Numbered from the stretch's first letter, positions 7,717-20,714 are shown. The stretch is DNA of 37,820 nt from Acidimicrobiia bacterium (GCA_040878325.1 JBBDMM010000003.1:1-37820), one strand, 5' to 3'. Numbers and translations are program-made. The notes: generated by a model not told the origin, from the sequence alone.

Positions 7717-7971
7717 CTAGCGGGAGCGCTCGCGGGCTACGTTGACATTCAACTGACGGCCGTCGATCGACTTGCCGTTGGTGGCTGCGATCGCCTTCTC
7801 GGCGTCCTGGGCCGAAGCCATCTCGACGAAGCCGAAACCGCGTGAGCGGCCGGTATCGCGGTCGACGACGACCTGGGCGCTGGTCACCTCGCCGTACTCG
7901 GCGAAGAGGTCGCGAAGGCTGTCAGAGGTTGTGGAAAACGAGAGGTTCCCCACGTAGATGTTGGTGGCCAT
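7717..7971 (-). CDS. RRM (RNP-1) RNA-binding protein
   Basis: IYVGNL (RNP2) and RGFGFVEM (RNP1). AAGGAG SD before ATG 7971. Confidence 0.95.
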   Translation of the reverse strand: MATNIYVGNLSFSTTSDSLRDLFAEYGEVTSAQVVVDRDTGRSRGFGFVEMASAQDAEKAIAATNGKSIDGRQLNVNVARERSR

Positions 7972-8163
7972 GGATGGTGCTCCTTCTGAGCAGTGAACTC
8001 CGTCTATGGGTAACGCCACGGAAGGCCTGAGCCCTACGGTGACTTCACTCGACGGAACAGAAGAAGCGAAGACCGGCGTCGCACGCGATATCGCATGCGC
8101 GGTCGAAACGATAGCGGTTCTGCAACGGCAGGACCACATTCGAGATGGTCCCGTGGTGGACCG

Positions 8164-8189
8164 GTTTCGACTGGCCTCCGGGCGGGTAG
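8164..8189 (+). promoter_or_regulatory. Putative SigF/SigB-type stress promoter
   Basis: GTTT-N16-GGGTAG upstream of the small membrane protein gene. Confidence 0.45.
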
Positions 8190-8243
8190 GACCCCGATGC
8201 GTGCGCCGCCCGGCGTGGGCAATTTCAACCCTTGGGGGAAGTA

Positions 8244-8522
8244 ATGAATCGGAACACCAACATGTCGCTGTTGATCTTCGGGATCGTGCTCGGCGTTATC
8301 GGCGCCATCCTGAACTTTGCGGTGACCGCAGAGGCCGAGGGTTTCAACATCCAGTCCGCCGGTGTGATCCTCATGTGGGTCGGCATCGTGACCGCTCTGA
8401 TCGGGATCGTCCTATTGACGCTCAGCTCCCGGCGCCGCGAGAGCACTCTCATCGAGAGTGTCCAGCACACGCCCACGGGCGAGGTCCGCACGGAGACGCG
8501 CTCCGATTCGCCGACCGGGTGA
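8244..8522 (+). CDS. Small two-TM membrane protein (DUF6458-like)
   Basis: GAILNFAV...G.N....GVILM.VG pattern, two hydrophobic helices, charged tail. Confidence 0.7.
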   Translation: MNRNTNMSLLIFGIVLGVIGAILNFAVTAEAEGFNIQSAGVILMWVGIVTALIGIVLLTLSSRRRESTLIESVQHTPTGEVRTETRSDSPTG

Positions 8523-8561
8523 CCTTCAGGTCATTCCTCTCGCTCGGGCGAGGGTTTGGAG

Positions 8562-8590
8562 CCTCCCCGTAGGTCAAACCTGCGGGGAGG
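8562..8590. repeat. GC-rich hairpin with REP-like ends
   Basis: CCTCCCCGTAGGT-CAA-ACCTGCGGGGAGG. Ends resemble the 289-316 hairpin. Confidence 0.5.
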
Positions 8591-8606
8591 CCATACGATT
8601 GGGCGA

Positions 8607-9293
8607 GTGAAGCGGCTACTCGGCCCTCGCTGGATCGTGGGCCATCTCCTCGCCCTGGTGGCGATCGTCGGGTTCATCCTGCTCGGCCTCTGGCAGCTCG
8701 ATCGACATGCGGAGAAGTCCGACCTTCGGGACGCCGTAGCGGCCGGCCAGGCGCTGCCACCGCTCGAGCTCGAGAACGCCGCCGAAGGGTCCTTCCGCAG
8801 GGTCGTAGCGTTGGGTACCTACGACTCCTCATTGCAGACTCTGGTGTTTCGTTCGTACGAGGGGTCGTCGGGTTACCACGTCCTTACCCCTCTCGTCGTC
8901 GCGGACGGCTCTGCAGTTCTCGTCGATCGCGGCTGGATCCCCCTCGACTTCGATCCGCCGGCTCCACCACCGGGGATGGTGAAAGCCGCCGGCGTCCTCT
9001 GGCCGTCCGAGGCGGGCTCGTCGACCCCGGACTCGCCGCCAGCGGTGGTGACGCGGATCGATCCTGAGATCCAGCAGGCTTTCGCGCCGTATTCGCTCCG
9101 ATCCGACTACCTCGTGCTTGCCCCGTCTCCGGTGCCCGAGCCCTATCCCGTCCAGGACGAGGCTCCCGGGGTGGGGCTCGGACCCCATCTCGGATATGCC
9201 GGACAGTGGTTCCTGTTCGCCGGGGTTGTGGCGATCGGGTACCCGGTGCTGCTGAGACGCACCCTCCTTCGGGATCGACGGGCACCCTCTTGA
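8607..9293 (+). CDS. SURF1 family protein
   Basis: LGLWQLDR, GYHVLTPL, VLVDRGWIP and HLGYAGQWF motifs. GTG follows TACGAT-N7. Confidence 0.92.
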   Translation: MKRLLGPRWIVGHLLALVAIVGFILLGLWQLDRHAEKSDLRDAVAAGQALPPLELENAAEGSFRRVVALGTYDSSLQTLVFRSYEGSSGYHVLTPLVVADGSAVLVDRGWIPLDFDPPAPPPGMVKAAGVLWPSEAGSSTPDSPPAVVTRIDPEIQQAFAPYSLRSDYLVLAPSPVPEPYPVQDEAPGVGLGPHLGYAGQWFLFAGVVAIGYPVLLRRTLLRDRRAPS

Positions 9294-9346
9294 CCCAGCC
9301 GAATCGATTCACCCATCGCCATCAGCGTCCGCCTGTCGTCCCCGGA

Positions 9347-10285
9347 TCACTTGGCCCCGGCGGTCGGCGGTACGGGCTGATCGGCGTCCCGGCGGAGGCG
9401 CCAGCCGACACGCTGCCCGAGGGTGATCCCGACGGTCACCGCCAGAATCCCGATCACTTGAATCGCGCTGGGACGCTCCCCGAGGAAGATCCAAGCCAGG
9501 ATGGCGATCTGAATCAGCATCGTGTTGTTGATCGCCGCCGACTCGGTGGCCGTCAGATGGCGCATGGTGTGGTTCCAGATGGTGAACGCAAAGGCCGTGT
9601 TGACCACCGCCAGCCACCCGATGAACAGCCAGGCGCGCCCCGACACGGTGGGGATGCCTTCAGTGGCGAGGCCGGCGGCGAGCAGGACGATCGCTCCGAA
9701 AGCCATCGACACGGTCGTCGTGACCAACGGGGAGCGCCGGAGGTCGCGATTGACGTTCCTGCCAAGAAGGGAGCCGGCCCCGTTCGCCACGAGGCATACG
9801 AGCGCCGCGGCCATGCCCGCGGCGGTCGCGGCCAACGAGCCGGAGAAGTAGAGCACTGCCCCGGCCGCGACCAGCGCCGCGCCCAGAAACTGGCGCTTGG
9901 TTGCCTTCTCGCCCAGAGACACTCCGGCGACCAGCGCGACCAGCAGCGGGGTCATTGACAGCACCAGGCTGGTGGTGGCTGCCGGCTGGTTGTCCAGGGC
10001 AACGAACTGGGCACCCTGGGCGATGGCGATCAGGATCACCCCGAGGACGGCCAGCCCCACAACCTGCCGGCGGTCGAGCAACCGCACCGCCTCCCTTGCC
10101 CCGGGGCGGAACGCGACCACGCCAATCAGGACGATTGCTGCGGTCGTGTAGCGGAGCCCGGCGAACGTGATCGGCCGCAGGCCCTCATCGTCCATCCCGT
10201 AGCGGATGATCACCCACGAGGACGCCCACAACACGGTGACGAACAGCGCGAGGAGCAGCGCTCTGCGTTCGTGCTGGTCGGACAT
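9347..10285 (-). CDS. DMT/EamA family transporter
   Basis: About 10 TM helices, LWASSW start and two LGE(K/R) repeats. Confidence 0.9.
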   Translation of the reverse strand: MSDQHERRALLLALFVTVLWASSWVIIRYGMDDEGLRPITFAGLRYTTAAIVLIGVVAFRPGAREAVRLLDRRQVVGLAVLGVILIAIAQGAQFVALDNQPAATTSLVLSMTPLLVALVAGVSLGEKATKRQFLGAALVAAGAVLYFSGSLAATAAGMAAALVCLVANGAGSLLGRNVNRDLRRSPLVTTTVSMAFGAIVLLAAGLATEGIPTVSGRAWLFIGWLAVVNTAFAFTIWNHTMRHLTATESAAINNTMLIQIAILAWIFLGERPSAIQVIGILAVTVGITLGQRVGWRLRRDADQPVPPTAGAK

Positions 10286-10337
10286 CTAGCCGGTCCCTAT
10301 AGGGCCGTGCCGGGTCGCAACCGGGAGGCGGTTTCGG

Positions 10338-11669
10338 TCAAAAACCAAAGGTGAGACGGGTGATCGTGAACTGGTTGTCCTCGGTGTGCGTGTTGGTACA
10401 CGAGATCGCGTTCCCCGACGAGTCCTCCTCGATTTCGTAGTAGGCGCCAACCCAGTCGATGGCAACCGATTGGCCATCATCTGCGACTTGGCCGATGAAC
10501 GGCACGGTTATCGAGGCCGGCAGGAGGCCTGCGTCCACGCACTCTTCGGGGTTGCACACCTTGAGATCGCCTCCGGTCAGTCGGTCGCCCTCCAAGGTGC
10601 CGCTGAAGTCGAGGCCACCTTCCTCTCTACAGATCTCCCCGGAGATCACCTCGGCGGTGATCGCCGGAGAACCTGGCGGCGCAATACGTATGACTCTGTC
10701 GCCGTCTTGCCAGGTGCCCTCGAGGCAATGCCTGACCTCGAAAGCAAGGGTGGTCTGACCCTGTCCTCCGGCTAGGGAGATGCCCTCCACCTGGACCAGT
10801 TCGCGTCCGTCAGACCCGTAGCTGATGGCTGAATACGGGTAGGTCGCCATCGGGCCGACCTGAGGTGCCACGTTGGGATCCATCAGCCGTCCAGACACGA
10901 AGAAGGTGGTGTAGGGATATGGGATTCCGAGCCCGGTGTCGATTGCCATCACCTCCAACCGATGCCGACCGGCAGGTTCGGCCACACAGACCGGCTGCTG
11001 CGGCTGCCGGATGATCACCAGCATGAGCGGAAATATCCCAGGTGCCGGCGGATCGTATGCGACGGGCTCGTCGCCTTCTGGCGACTCGGGAAGGGACTCG
11101 ACTGCAGACTCGACCGCAGCCTGGTCGCTCGACTGAAAGTACAGAACGGTGTCGCCGAGGGAGATGTACACCACGGGCGTCCAGCCGAATTCATCGGCAG
11201 CAGTTGCGCGCAAGACTTGGCGCCCGGCCATCTCGATCCACTCATAGGTCACGCCATGGATTTCGCCGGATTCGGCGAGCGCCTCGAGTACGCCATTCCA
11301 ATCCCTTCGAGGAACCCGGATCGCGCCGGCCACGAAGGACGGACCGCCCGCCTCCGACTGGAACGCTGCTGCGATTTCAACGTCTCCAGCATCGGACGCG
11401 AAGGACTCGATCAGGGCCGCCACGTCCGCATCGGTCAGGTCGAGCGCCTCACCGGTGATCGAAACCAGCTCGACCTCGCCGCTCAGGGAGGAAAGGGCCT
11501 GATCGAGCAGTTCGCTCGCCGAGCGAGGGCCGACCGCCCCGGTCGTTCCAGTCGTGGACACGACCCCGGTGGTCGATGTGGAACCGCTGTCGGTGCCGCA
11601 CGCAACTGTCGCAACCATGGCGACGGCCAGCAACAGGAGTGGAACCCGTGCTCGATCGGATGTGGTCAT
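10338..11669 (-). CDS. Hypothetical acidic lipoprotein
   Basis: Lipobox VACG, Thr-rich linker, 443 aa. Fills the gap between purB and the EamA gene. Confidence 0.7.
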   Translation of the reverse strand: MTTSDRARVPLLLLAVAMVATVACGTDSGSTSTTGVVSTTGTTGAVGPRSASELLDQALSSLSGEVELVSITGEALDLTDADVAALIESFASDAGDVEIAAAFQSEAGGPSFVAGAIRVPRRDWNGVLEALAESGEIHGVTYEWIEMAGRQVLRATAADEFGWTPVVYISLGDTVLYFQSSDQAAVESAVESLPESPEGDEPVAYDPPAPGIFPLMLVIIRQPQQPVCVAEPAGRHRLEVMAIDTGLGIPYPYTTFFVSGRLMDPNVAPQVGPMATYPYSAISYGSDGRELVQVEGISLAGGQGQTTLAFEVRHCLEGTWQDGDRVIRIAPPGSPAITAEVISGEICREEGGLDFSGTLEGDRLTGGDLKVCNPEECVDAGLLPASITVPFIGQVADDGQSVAIDWVGAYYEIEEDSSGNAISCTNTHTEDNQFTITRLTFGF

Positions 11670-11699
11670 TGCCAGACCTCGGACTCTGGATCGTACCGA

Positions 11700-14299
<2,600 letters not shown>

Positions 14300-14334
14300 T
14301 TAACGGACAGGACGCCGACTCCGTCGCCGAACCA

Positions 14335-14470
14335 GCGATTGGCGATTGGCGATTGGCCAGACAGTTCCGAGTCGCGGTTGGTGACGCACGCGCGCACACT
14401 TCAAGCGAGTCACGGCCGGACGCGGCGAAACCGGCATCTCAGGTCTGGCGAATCGCCAATCGCCAATCGC
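14335..14470. repeat. Inverted heptamer arrays (GCGATTG)x3-GCCAGAC / GTCTGGC-(CAATCGC)x3 around an 80-bp core
   Basis: Arms 14335-14362 and 14443-14470 are reverse complements at 27/28 positions. An N gap follows at 14479-14488. Confidence 0.9.
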
Positions 14471-14583
14471 GGGCGGGGNNNNNNNNNNGGCCGCCCCAAG
14501 GGCGGCCGACTCTCGCCCGGCGGGGCGGGCGACTCCTTTGCTAGGGTCGCAGTAGGGCTATTCCAGCCCAGAGGAGGAAACGA

Positions 14584-15606
14584 ATGCAGTCAACGAAGCG
14601 AATCTTCGCCTTGATTCTCGGTCTCGCGCTCGTCGCGACCGCCTGCGGAGGCGATGACGAGGGAAGCGATCTGTTGGCCGAGGTGCAGGAGCGGGGCCAC
14701 ATTCTGTGTGGTGTCAACGACGTACTGCCGGGCTTCGGCATCGTCGACGCGGCCGGCAATTACAGCGGTTTCGACATCGACCTCTGCCGGGTCGTGGCCG
14801 CGGGGATCCTGGGTGATGCCAACGCGGTGGAGTTCGTGCCGCTGGCGGCTGGGGAGCGGTTCACCGCCCTCCAATCCGGGGAGATCGACGTTCTGATCCG
14901 CAACACCACCTGGACATCGTCGCGTGATGGGACGGAAGGGGCCACCTTCCTGTTCACCACGTTCTACGACGGTCAGGCAGTGATGGTGCCCGCTTCTACG
15001 GGGTTCACCGCATTGGAGGACCTCGCTGACGCCAACATCTGCGTGCTGTCGGGAACGACCACCGAACTGAACCTGACTGCGGTGTTCAACGCCCGCGGCA
15101 TCCCGTTCAACCCCGTGGTCTATGCCGACAATGCCGAACTGCGGCCCGCCTATGAAGAGGGCCAATGTGAGGCGTGGACCTCCGACGCCTCACAGCTTGC
15201 CGCGAACAAGTCGGCGATCGAGGGTGAGGGCGGGGCCGCCCAGTTCATCATCCCCGAGATCATCTCCAAGGAGCCTCTCGGCCCGGCAGTGCGCGACGGC
15301 GACTCCGCCTTCGCACAGGCGGTGGAGTGGTCGGTGATGGCAACGGTGCAGGCGTGGGAGTTTGGGATCGACAGCACGAACGTCGTCGGCTTCACGTCGA
15401 CCGACCCCAACGTGGCGAACTTCCTCGGTGCCCTCGACCCGGCGTTGGGTCTGCCCACGGACTTCGCGGTGCAGATCATCAGCCAGGTGGGGAACTATGA
15501 GGAGATCTATCTCCGCCACATTCCGGCGATCGGCATCGCCCTCGAGGGCACGCCGAACGACCTGTGGACCAATGGTGGACTGATGTACGTCCCGCCCTAC
15601 CGGTAG
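14584..15606 (+). CDS. aapJ: Amino acid ABC transporter substrate-binding lipoprotein (AapJ/BztA-like)
   Basis: Lipobox ATACG, RFTALQSGEIDVLIRNTTWT, SKEPLGP, VGNYEE and LWTNGGLMY motifs. Confidence 0.9.
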   Translation: MQSTKRIFALILGLALVATACGGDDEGSDLLAEVQERGHILCGVNDVLPGFGIVDAAGNYSGFDIDLCRVVAAGILGDANAVEFVPLAAGERFTALQSGEIDVLIRNTTWTSSRDGTEGATFLFTTFYDGQAVMVPASTGFTALEDLADANICVLSGTTTELNLTAVFNARGIPFNPVVYADNAELRPAYEEGQCEAWTSDASQLAANKSAIEGEGGAAQFIIPEIISKEPLGPAVRDGDSAFAQAVEWSVMATVQAWEFGIDSTNVVGFTSTDPNVANFLGALDPALGLPTDFAVQIISQVGNYEEIYLRHIPAIGIALEGTPNDLWTNGGLMYVPPYR

Positions 15607-15632
15607 GCCGCACGTCACCAACACGCAATAGG

Positions 15633-15666
15633 GGAATGGGCGGCCGGCTGAGCCGGCCGCCCTTCC
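15633..15666 (+). terminator. Stable intercistronic hairpin after the binding-protein gene
   Basis: GGGCGGCCGGC-TGA-GCCGGCCGCCC with a weak U tail. Could be an mRNA stabiliser or attenuator. Confidence 0.55.
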
Positions 15667-15688
15667 TCGTCATCAGTGGGGTGGTGAG

Positions 15689-16903
15689 CTGACCCAGGAC
15701 ACGATCCGGAGAGACGACCGTGTCGCAGTCGTTTGGTACCGCGACGTTCGGGTGCTGCGCGTCGTGGTCCAGGTGTTCGCCGTCGTTGCAGTGGCGGGAC
15801 TGCTCTTCTGGCTGTTCAACAACCTCGTCAACAACCTTGATCGGCTGAACATCAACACCGACTTCGGGTTCCTCTGGCGACCCACCCAGTTCCAGATCCC
15901 GTTCGACGAAGGCTTCAACCCACGCAGCCCGGTGTGGCAGATGGTGATGGTCGGTGTGAAGAACACCTTCCTTGCCGCCTTCTTCGGAATCATCCTCGCC
16001 AGCGTCCTCGGCCTGATCGTGGGGATCTCCCGACTCTCCTCCAACTGGCTGGTCGCCCGCGTCGCAACCGCCTATGTGGAGACGCTCCGCAACATTCCGC
16101 CTCTCGTCGTCATCATCTTCTTCGGGTTCGCCCTGTTCACCTTCGGGCCATTCCCGGTGGTCAGCGAAGCCCAACAGATCTCGTTCTTCGGGTCGGACAA
16201 CAACTTCCTGATCCTCTCCAACACAGTGTGGGGCTTCCCCTCCCTCTCCGCCGGCGATGGCGTCGGGGTGTTCTGGATGTTCGCCGCAGCGGGTATCGCT
16301 GCCGGCGCCGCGGTGGTTTGGTGGAGGACCCGTGTCGCCGAGCGCACCGGGCGTCCGCACCGCCGGGTGCTGTTCGGCTTCGGGGCGTTTCTGGCTTTCA
16401 TCGCCGTGGGGTTCGCCGTCGGCGGCGACGTGTTCTCTTGGTCGTGGCCCGCATTGGCTCCCACAGCCAGAACCATCGTCGGAGGCTTCGAGATGAACTA
16501 TGGGTTCATCTCGGTGACAGTGGCGCTCGGGCTGTACACCGCCAGCCATATTGCCGAGATCGTGCGGGGGAGCATCCTTTCGGTGCCCAAGGGCCAGACC
16601 GAAGCGGCCAGCGCCATCGCCCTGACCACATTCCAGCGGTACCGATTCGTGGTGCTTCCCCAGGCGTTCAAGGTCGCGGTGCCCCCGTTCATCAATCAGT
16701 GTCTGAACCTGGTCAAGAACACCTCGCTCGGGGTGGTGGTGGCCTATGCCGAGATCACTGCCCTGACCCAGACCTCGATCGGCAACGGCCGACCGGCGCC
16801 GCAATCCATCCTCATCCTCATGGGCGTGTACCTGGCGTTCTCGTTGACCATCTCACTGGTCCTCAACTTGTACAACCGTCGACTCCAGATGGTGGAGCGA
16901 TGA
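15689..16903 (+). CDS. aapQ: Amino acid ABC transporter permease (AapQ/BztB-like)
   Basis: [29 protein letters not shown] and KNTSL motifs. Start is CTG 15689 (inferred) or GTG 15752. Confidence 0.88.
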   Translation: MTQDTIRRDDRVAVVWYRDVRVLRVVVQVFAVVAVAGLLFWLFNNLVNNLDRLNINTDFGFLWRPTQFQIPFDEGFNPRSPVWQMVMVGVKNTFLAAFFGIILASVLGLIVGISRLSSNWLVARVATAYVETLRNIPPLVVIIFFGFALFTFGPFPVVSEAQQISFFGSDNNFLILSNTVWGFPSLSAGDGVGVFWMFAAAGIAAGAAVVWWRTRVAERTGRPHRRVLFGFGAFLAFIAVGFAVGGDVFSWSWPALAPTARTIVGGFEMNYGFISVTVALGLYTASHIAEIVRGSILSVPKGQTEAASAIALTTFQRYRFVVLPQAFKVAVPPFINQCLNLVKNTSLGVVVAYAEITALTQTSIGNGRPAPQSILILMGVYLAFSLTISLVLNLYNRRLQMVER

Positions 16904-18333
16904 GCGGCCGCCCCTTCCTGGAGCCGGGCCTCGAGGAGCCCATGCTCGTCGTGGCCGAGAGCCCCCCGGAGCGGCTCTCGGCCGGACGATGGGTGCGGCG
17001 GCACCTGTTCAACTCCTGGTACAACGCGGTGGTCACCGTGCTCCTCGCCGGAGCAATTGGGTACCTGGGCTACCGGTTCTTCGGCTTCTTGTTCGTGACC
17101 GGTCGCTGGGAGCCGGTCACCGAGAACCTCACCCTGTTCATGGTGGGCCGGTTTCCCCGCGACGAACTGTGGCGCCTCGTCGCCCAGGTGCTGATCTGGT
17201 CGGGCGCACTCGGTCTGGCGTGGGGTGCCGCCGTCTCGGGGGCTCGGTTCCGGGCGGCCCAGGCCGGAGTGCCCTACCACGAAGACCCGGTCCTGGCCAA
17301 GGTGCGCCGTTACTGGGGGTTGCTGGGGCTGCTGGTGTTGCTCTTGGCGCTCACCCAAACCCTCGACCCTCTGGTGTTGGCTGTCTCGGCAATCGGCGTG
17401 GCGATGGGGTTTCAGGTGGTCGGCAGCCGGACCCAGGGTCAGCACGCCGACCTGCTCTGGGCGGTTGTAGGCGTGCTGGGTGTCGTCGGCTACCAGATCG
17501 TGAGCGGGTTCCACGGCAGCGGCTGGCTCTGGATGGCGGCCCCGGTGGCCTACGGGGCATCGCGTCTGCTCGCCCTGGTGGACTGGTCCAACCCCCGGCG
17601 GGCGCGGCGAATCCGCGCCGCGATCATCATCGGCATTTTCGTGGCGTCCTATGCGCTCTACGCGGTGCTCGACCTCGAGGGTGTGGGATGGGACCACTGG
17701 GAGGGGCTGCGGCTCAACCTGATCGCCGCGGCGCTGACGATCGTGCTGGCGTTTCCTCTCGGGTTGCTCCTCGCCCTGGCGCGTCGGTCGTCGTTTCCGG
17801 TGCTGCGCCTCATCTCCACGGGGTACATCGAGCTGATTCGGGGGGTCCCGCTGATCACCCTGCTCTTCATGGGACAGTTCATTCTCGGGTTCTTCCTCAA
17901 CACCTCGACCCCGCTGTCGGATCTGACCCGGGCGGTCGCCGCCTTCACCCTGTTCACCGCCGCCTATGTCGCCGAGATCGTGCGCGGCGGGCTCCAGTCC
18001 GTGCCAAAGGGCCAGATCGAAGCCGGGCAGTCGTTGGGTCTCTCACCGATCGGGGTCACTCGTCTCATCGTGTTGCCGCAAGCACTGCGGGCGGTGATCC
18101 CGGCGATGGTCGGCCAGTTCATCGCCCTCTTCAAGGACACCAGCCTTCTCACCATCATCGGCATCGCCGAGGTCTTGCGGGTGCGTTCCCTGGTCCACGC
18201 CCAGGCCGAGTTCCGTGGGTTCGGCATCGCCGAGACGCTGGTGTTCGTGATGTTGGCCTTCTGGGCCTTCTCGTTCACGATGTCGCGGGAAAGTCAACGA
18301 TTGGAACGCCGACTCGGGATAGGAGAACGCTGA
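16900..18333 (+). CDS. aapM: Amino acid ABC transporter permease (AapM/BztC-like)
   Basis: [20 protein letters not shown] and FKDTSL motifs. ATGA overlap with the upstream stop. Confidence 0.88.
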   Translation: MSGRPFLEPGLEEPMLVVAESPPERLSAGRWVRRHLFNSWYNAVVTVLLAGAIGYLGYRFFGFLFVTGRWEPVTENLTLFMVGRFPRDELWRLVAQVLIWSGALGLAWGAAVSGARFRAAQAGVPYHEDPVLAKVRRYWGLLGLLVLLLALTQTLDPLVLAVSAIGVAMGFQVVGSRTQGQHADLLWAVVGVLGVVGYQIVSGFHGSGWLWMAAPVAYGASRLLALVDWSNPRRARRIRAAIIIGIFVASYALYAVLDLEGVGWDHWEGLRLNLIAAALTIVLAFPLGLLLALARRSSFPVLRLISTGYIELIRGVPLITLLFMGQFILGFFLNTSTPLSDLTRAVAAFTLFTAAYVAEIVRGGLQSVPKGQIEAGQSLGLSPIGVTRLIVLPQALRAVIPAMVGQFIALFKDTSLLTIIGIAEVLRVRSLVHAQAEFRGFGIAETLVFVMLAFWAFSFTMSRESQRLERRLGIGER

Positions 18334-19130
18334 TGTCCGAGGACCTTCGGTCGACCACCGACGAGATCTTTCAGGATGCCACGGAGATGCGGGGCACCGG
18401 GGAGTTGATGATCGAGGTCGAGGGCGTCGACAAGTTCTTCGGCGACTTCCAGGCGCTCAAGGGCATCAACATGAAGGTGGCGCGGCAGGAGGTGGTCGTC
18501 GTCTGCGGTCCCTCAGGATCAGGCAAGTCGACGCTTATACGGTGCATCAATCGTCTCGAGAAGCACGATCGGGGGCGGATCGTCGTCGACGGGATCGAGT
18601 TATCAGACGACATCCGCAAAATCCAGGGGATCCGTATGGAGACCGGGATGGTGTTCCAGCAGTTCAATCTCTTCCCCCACATCACGGTGATCGACAACAT
18701 CACCCTGGGTCCGCGCCAGGTCCGTCACATGCCGAAGAAGGAGGCCGAGGAACTCGCGATGGAGCTGCTGACGCGGGTGAAGATCCCAGAGCAGGCCCGC
18801 AAGTTCCCCGGGCAGTTGTCCGGAGGTCAGCAGCAACGAGTGGCCATCGCCCGATCGCTTGCCATGAGTCCAAAGGTGATGCTCTTCGACGAGCCCACTT
18901 CGGCGCTCGACCCCGAGATGATCAAGGAAGTTCTCGACGTGATGCGGGACCTGGCTCGCTCCGGCATGACCATGATCGTGGTCACCCATGAGATGGGCTT
19001 CGCCCGCGAGGTCGCCGACCGGGTGGTTTTCATGGCGGGGGGTGAGATAGTCGAGGTGGGCACCCCGGAGCATTTCTTCACGAACCCGCGCGAGGAACGA
19101 ACGAAGCTATTCATTTCACAAATCCTCTGA
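18333..19130 (+). CDS. aapP: Amino acid ABC transporter ATP-binding protein (AapP/GlnQ-like)
   Basis: [17 protein letters not shown] and [11 protein letters not shown] motifs. Confidence 0.92.
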   Translation: MSEDLRSTTDEIFQDATEMRGTGELMIEVEGVDKFFGDFQALKGINMKVARQEVVVVCGPSGSGKSTLIRCINRLEKHDRGRIVVDGIELSDDIRKIQGIRMETGMVFQQFNLFPHITVIDNITLGPRQVRHMPKKEAEELAMELLTRVKIPEQARKFPGQLSGGQQQRVAIARSLAMSPKVMLFDEPTSALDPEMIKEVLDVMRDLARSGMTMIVVTHEMGFAREVADRVVFMAGGEIVEVGTPEHFFTNPREERTKLFISQIL

Positions 19131-19285
19131 TAGGGGCTGCGCCCGGCTCTCAGAGGATGGCGGCTGGCAGCGGCGTGCTCATGGTGGCTTGTCACACAAC
19201 GTTGCGCTGGTCGGTGGGTTCCAACACACCTGACTTCCCCGCACCGTCGTATCCTCAGATACAGGCCCATTGTGATAGGAGAGAC

Positions 19286-20088
19286 ATGGCCACCGGAGGA
19301 ACCCGGGCGATTCTCGCCGCAATGGTTGCCAATGCAGGCATCGCGGTGGCCAAGTTCGCCGCCTATCTCGTCACCGGTTCTGCTTCGATGCTCGCCGAGT
19401 CGGTGCATTCTGGTGCTTGTCATCGGCGATCCGCCGTTGCCTGCTCCTTCTCGGAGGCCGCCAGGCACGCCCAGCCCAGGTTGGAAACTTCGTGGGGATT
19501 CTCGAGTCATTCAGCTTTCGCACCGCCATCGTCGAGGCGAGGAAAGTAAAAGGAGACCGCAGCTGGTGGGCCTACATACGTCGTTCGCGATCACCGGAGC
19601 TTCCCGTCGTGTTGCTCGAGGATGCCGGTGCGATGTTCGGCCTGCTGATCGCTCTTATCGGCGTGAGCCTCGCCGCCGCCACCGGAGATCCGATCTGGGA
19701 TGGAATCGCAACCTTGGGAATCGGTGTACTCCTTTTGGTGATTGCTTCATTTCTAACCGTGGAGATGCGCTCATTGCTCTTGGGAGAAGCGGCAACCACT
19801 GAGGACATCACCGCAATCACGAACGCAGTTCGCAGGTCTGATGGGGTGAAGCGAATAATCGACCTGAGGACGCAGCACATCGGGCCTGAGGAATTGCTCG
19901 TCGCAGGGAAAGTCGAGTTCGATCATTCCCTCACGATGAGTGGTGTCGCCGACGCCATCGACCGTTGTGAAGTGGCCATCAGGCAAGCAGTGCCCTACGC
20001 CCTGCGGATATACATCGAACCTGACCTCTTCGATCACGACCACACCGGCACCGCCGACCTTCCTCCCGAGGTCGTAAGCGGCCACTGA
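19286..20088 (+). pseudogene. Cation diffusion facilitator transporter, frameshifted and internally deleted
   Basis: N-terminus (MATGGTRAILAA...MLAESVHS) is in one frame. LLLLGGRQAR and ILESFSF...LLED...DPIWDG...IYIEPD are in another. The HPFGYG loop and following helix are missing. Confidence 0.75.
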
Positions 20089-20201
20089 GTCTGAAGCCAT
20101 GACCCCAGCCGGCGCTCAGGGGTAGTGGAGGCGTCGACCCTTGGACCCGACCGGGTTTCGCATGTCGGCCGTCGCCGGAGGCTGCCCGGAGGGCGGCCGA
20201 C

Positions 20202-20714
20202 CTAAACCCCCTGTACGTGTACGACCACGCGGCGTTCGCGCGCCTGGTCCAGCTCGCCGAAGAGGACCTTCTGCCAGGTGCCGAGGAGGACCTCGCCTTC
20301 GACCACCGGGACCGTGGCTGAGGCGGTTCCGACGAGCATCTGGCGGCAGTGGGCGTGGCCGTTGCGGAACTCGTCTTCCTGGAGGTTCTCGGTGCGGAGT
20401 TCGTGGTCGTCGTGCTCGTAATAGGACTCGACGGGCACGAGGGCGTCCATGAGTCGGCGGTAGTCGTTGAGGAAACCCGTCTCTGACTCGTTGAGGACGA
20501 TCGTCGTCGTGGTGTGCGGTGTGTGGATCGTCACCTGGCCGTGCCGGACGTCGGAACGGAGGACCACCTCGCGCACGAAGTCGGAGAGATCCCAGAACTC
20601 GCCGGTGGCGGTCGTGGTGAAGTGGAGCACTTCGGTCCGGATGGGGGGAGATTCCGAAGCCGCGAGGACGGTGATGGTCCCCTCCGGGCGTCGCGTACCG
20701 CGACGCGTGGTCAT
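20202..20714 (-). CDS. yjbQ: YjbQ/UPF0047 family protein
   Basis: HTT...LNE, NGHAH, LGTWQ and ELD..RER motifs. Confidence 0.85.
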   Translation of the reverse strand: MTTRRGTRRPEGTITVLAASESPPIRTEVLHFTTTATGEFWDLSDFVREVVLRSDVRHGQVTIHTPHTTTTIVLNESETGFLNDYRRLMDALVPVESYYEHDDHELRTENLQEDEFRNGHAHCRQMLVGTASATVPVVEGEVLLGTWQKVLFGELDQARERRVVVHVQGV

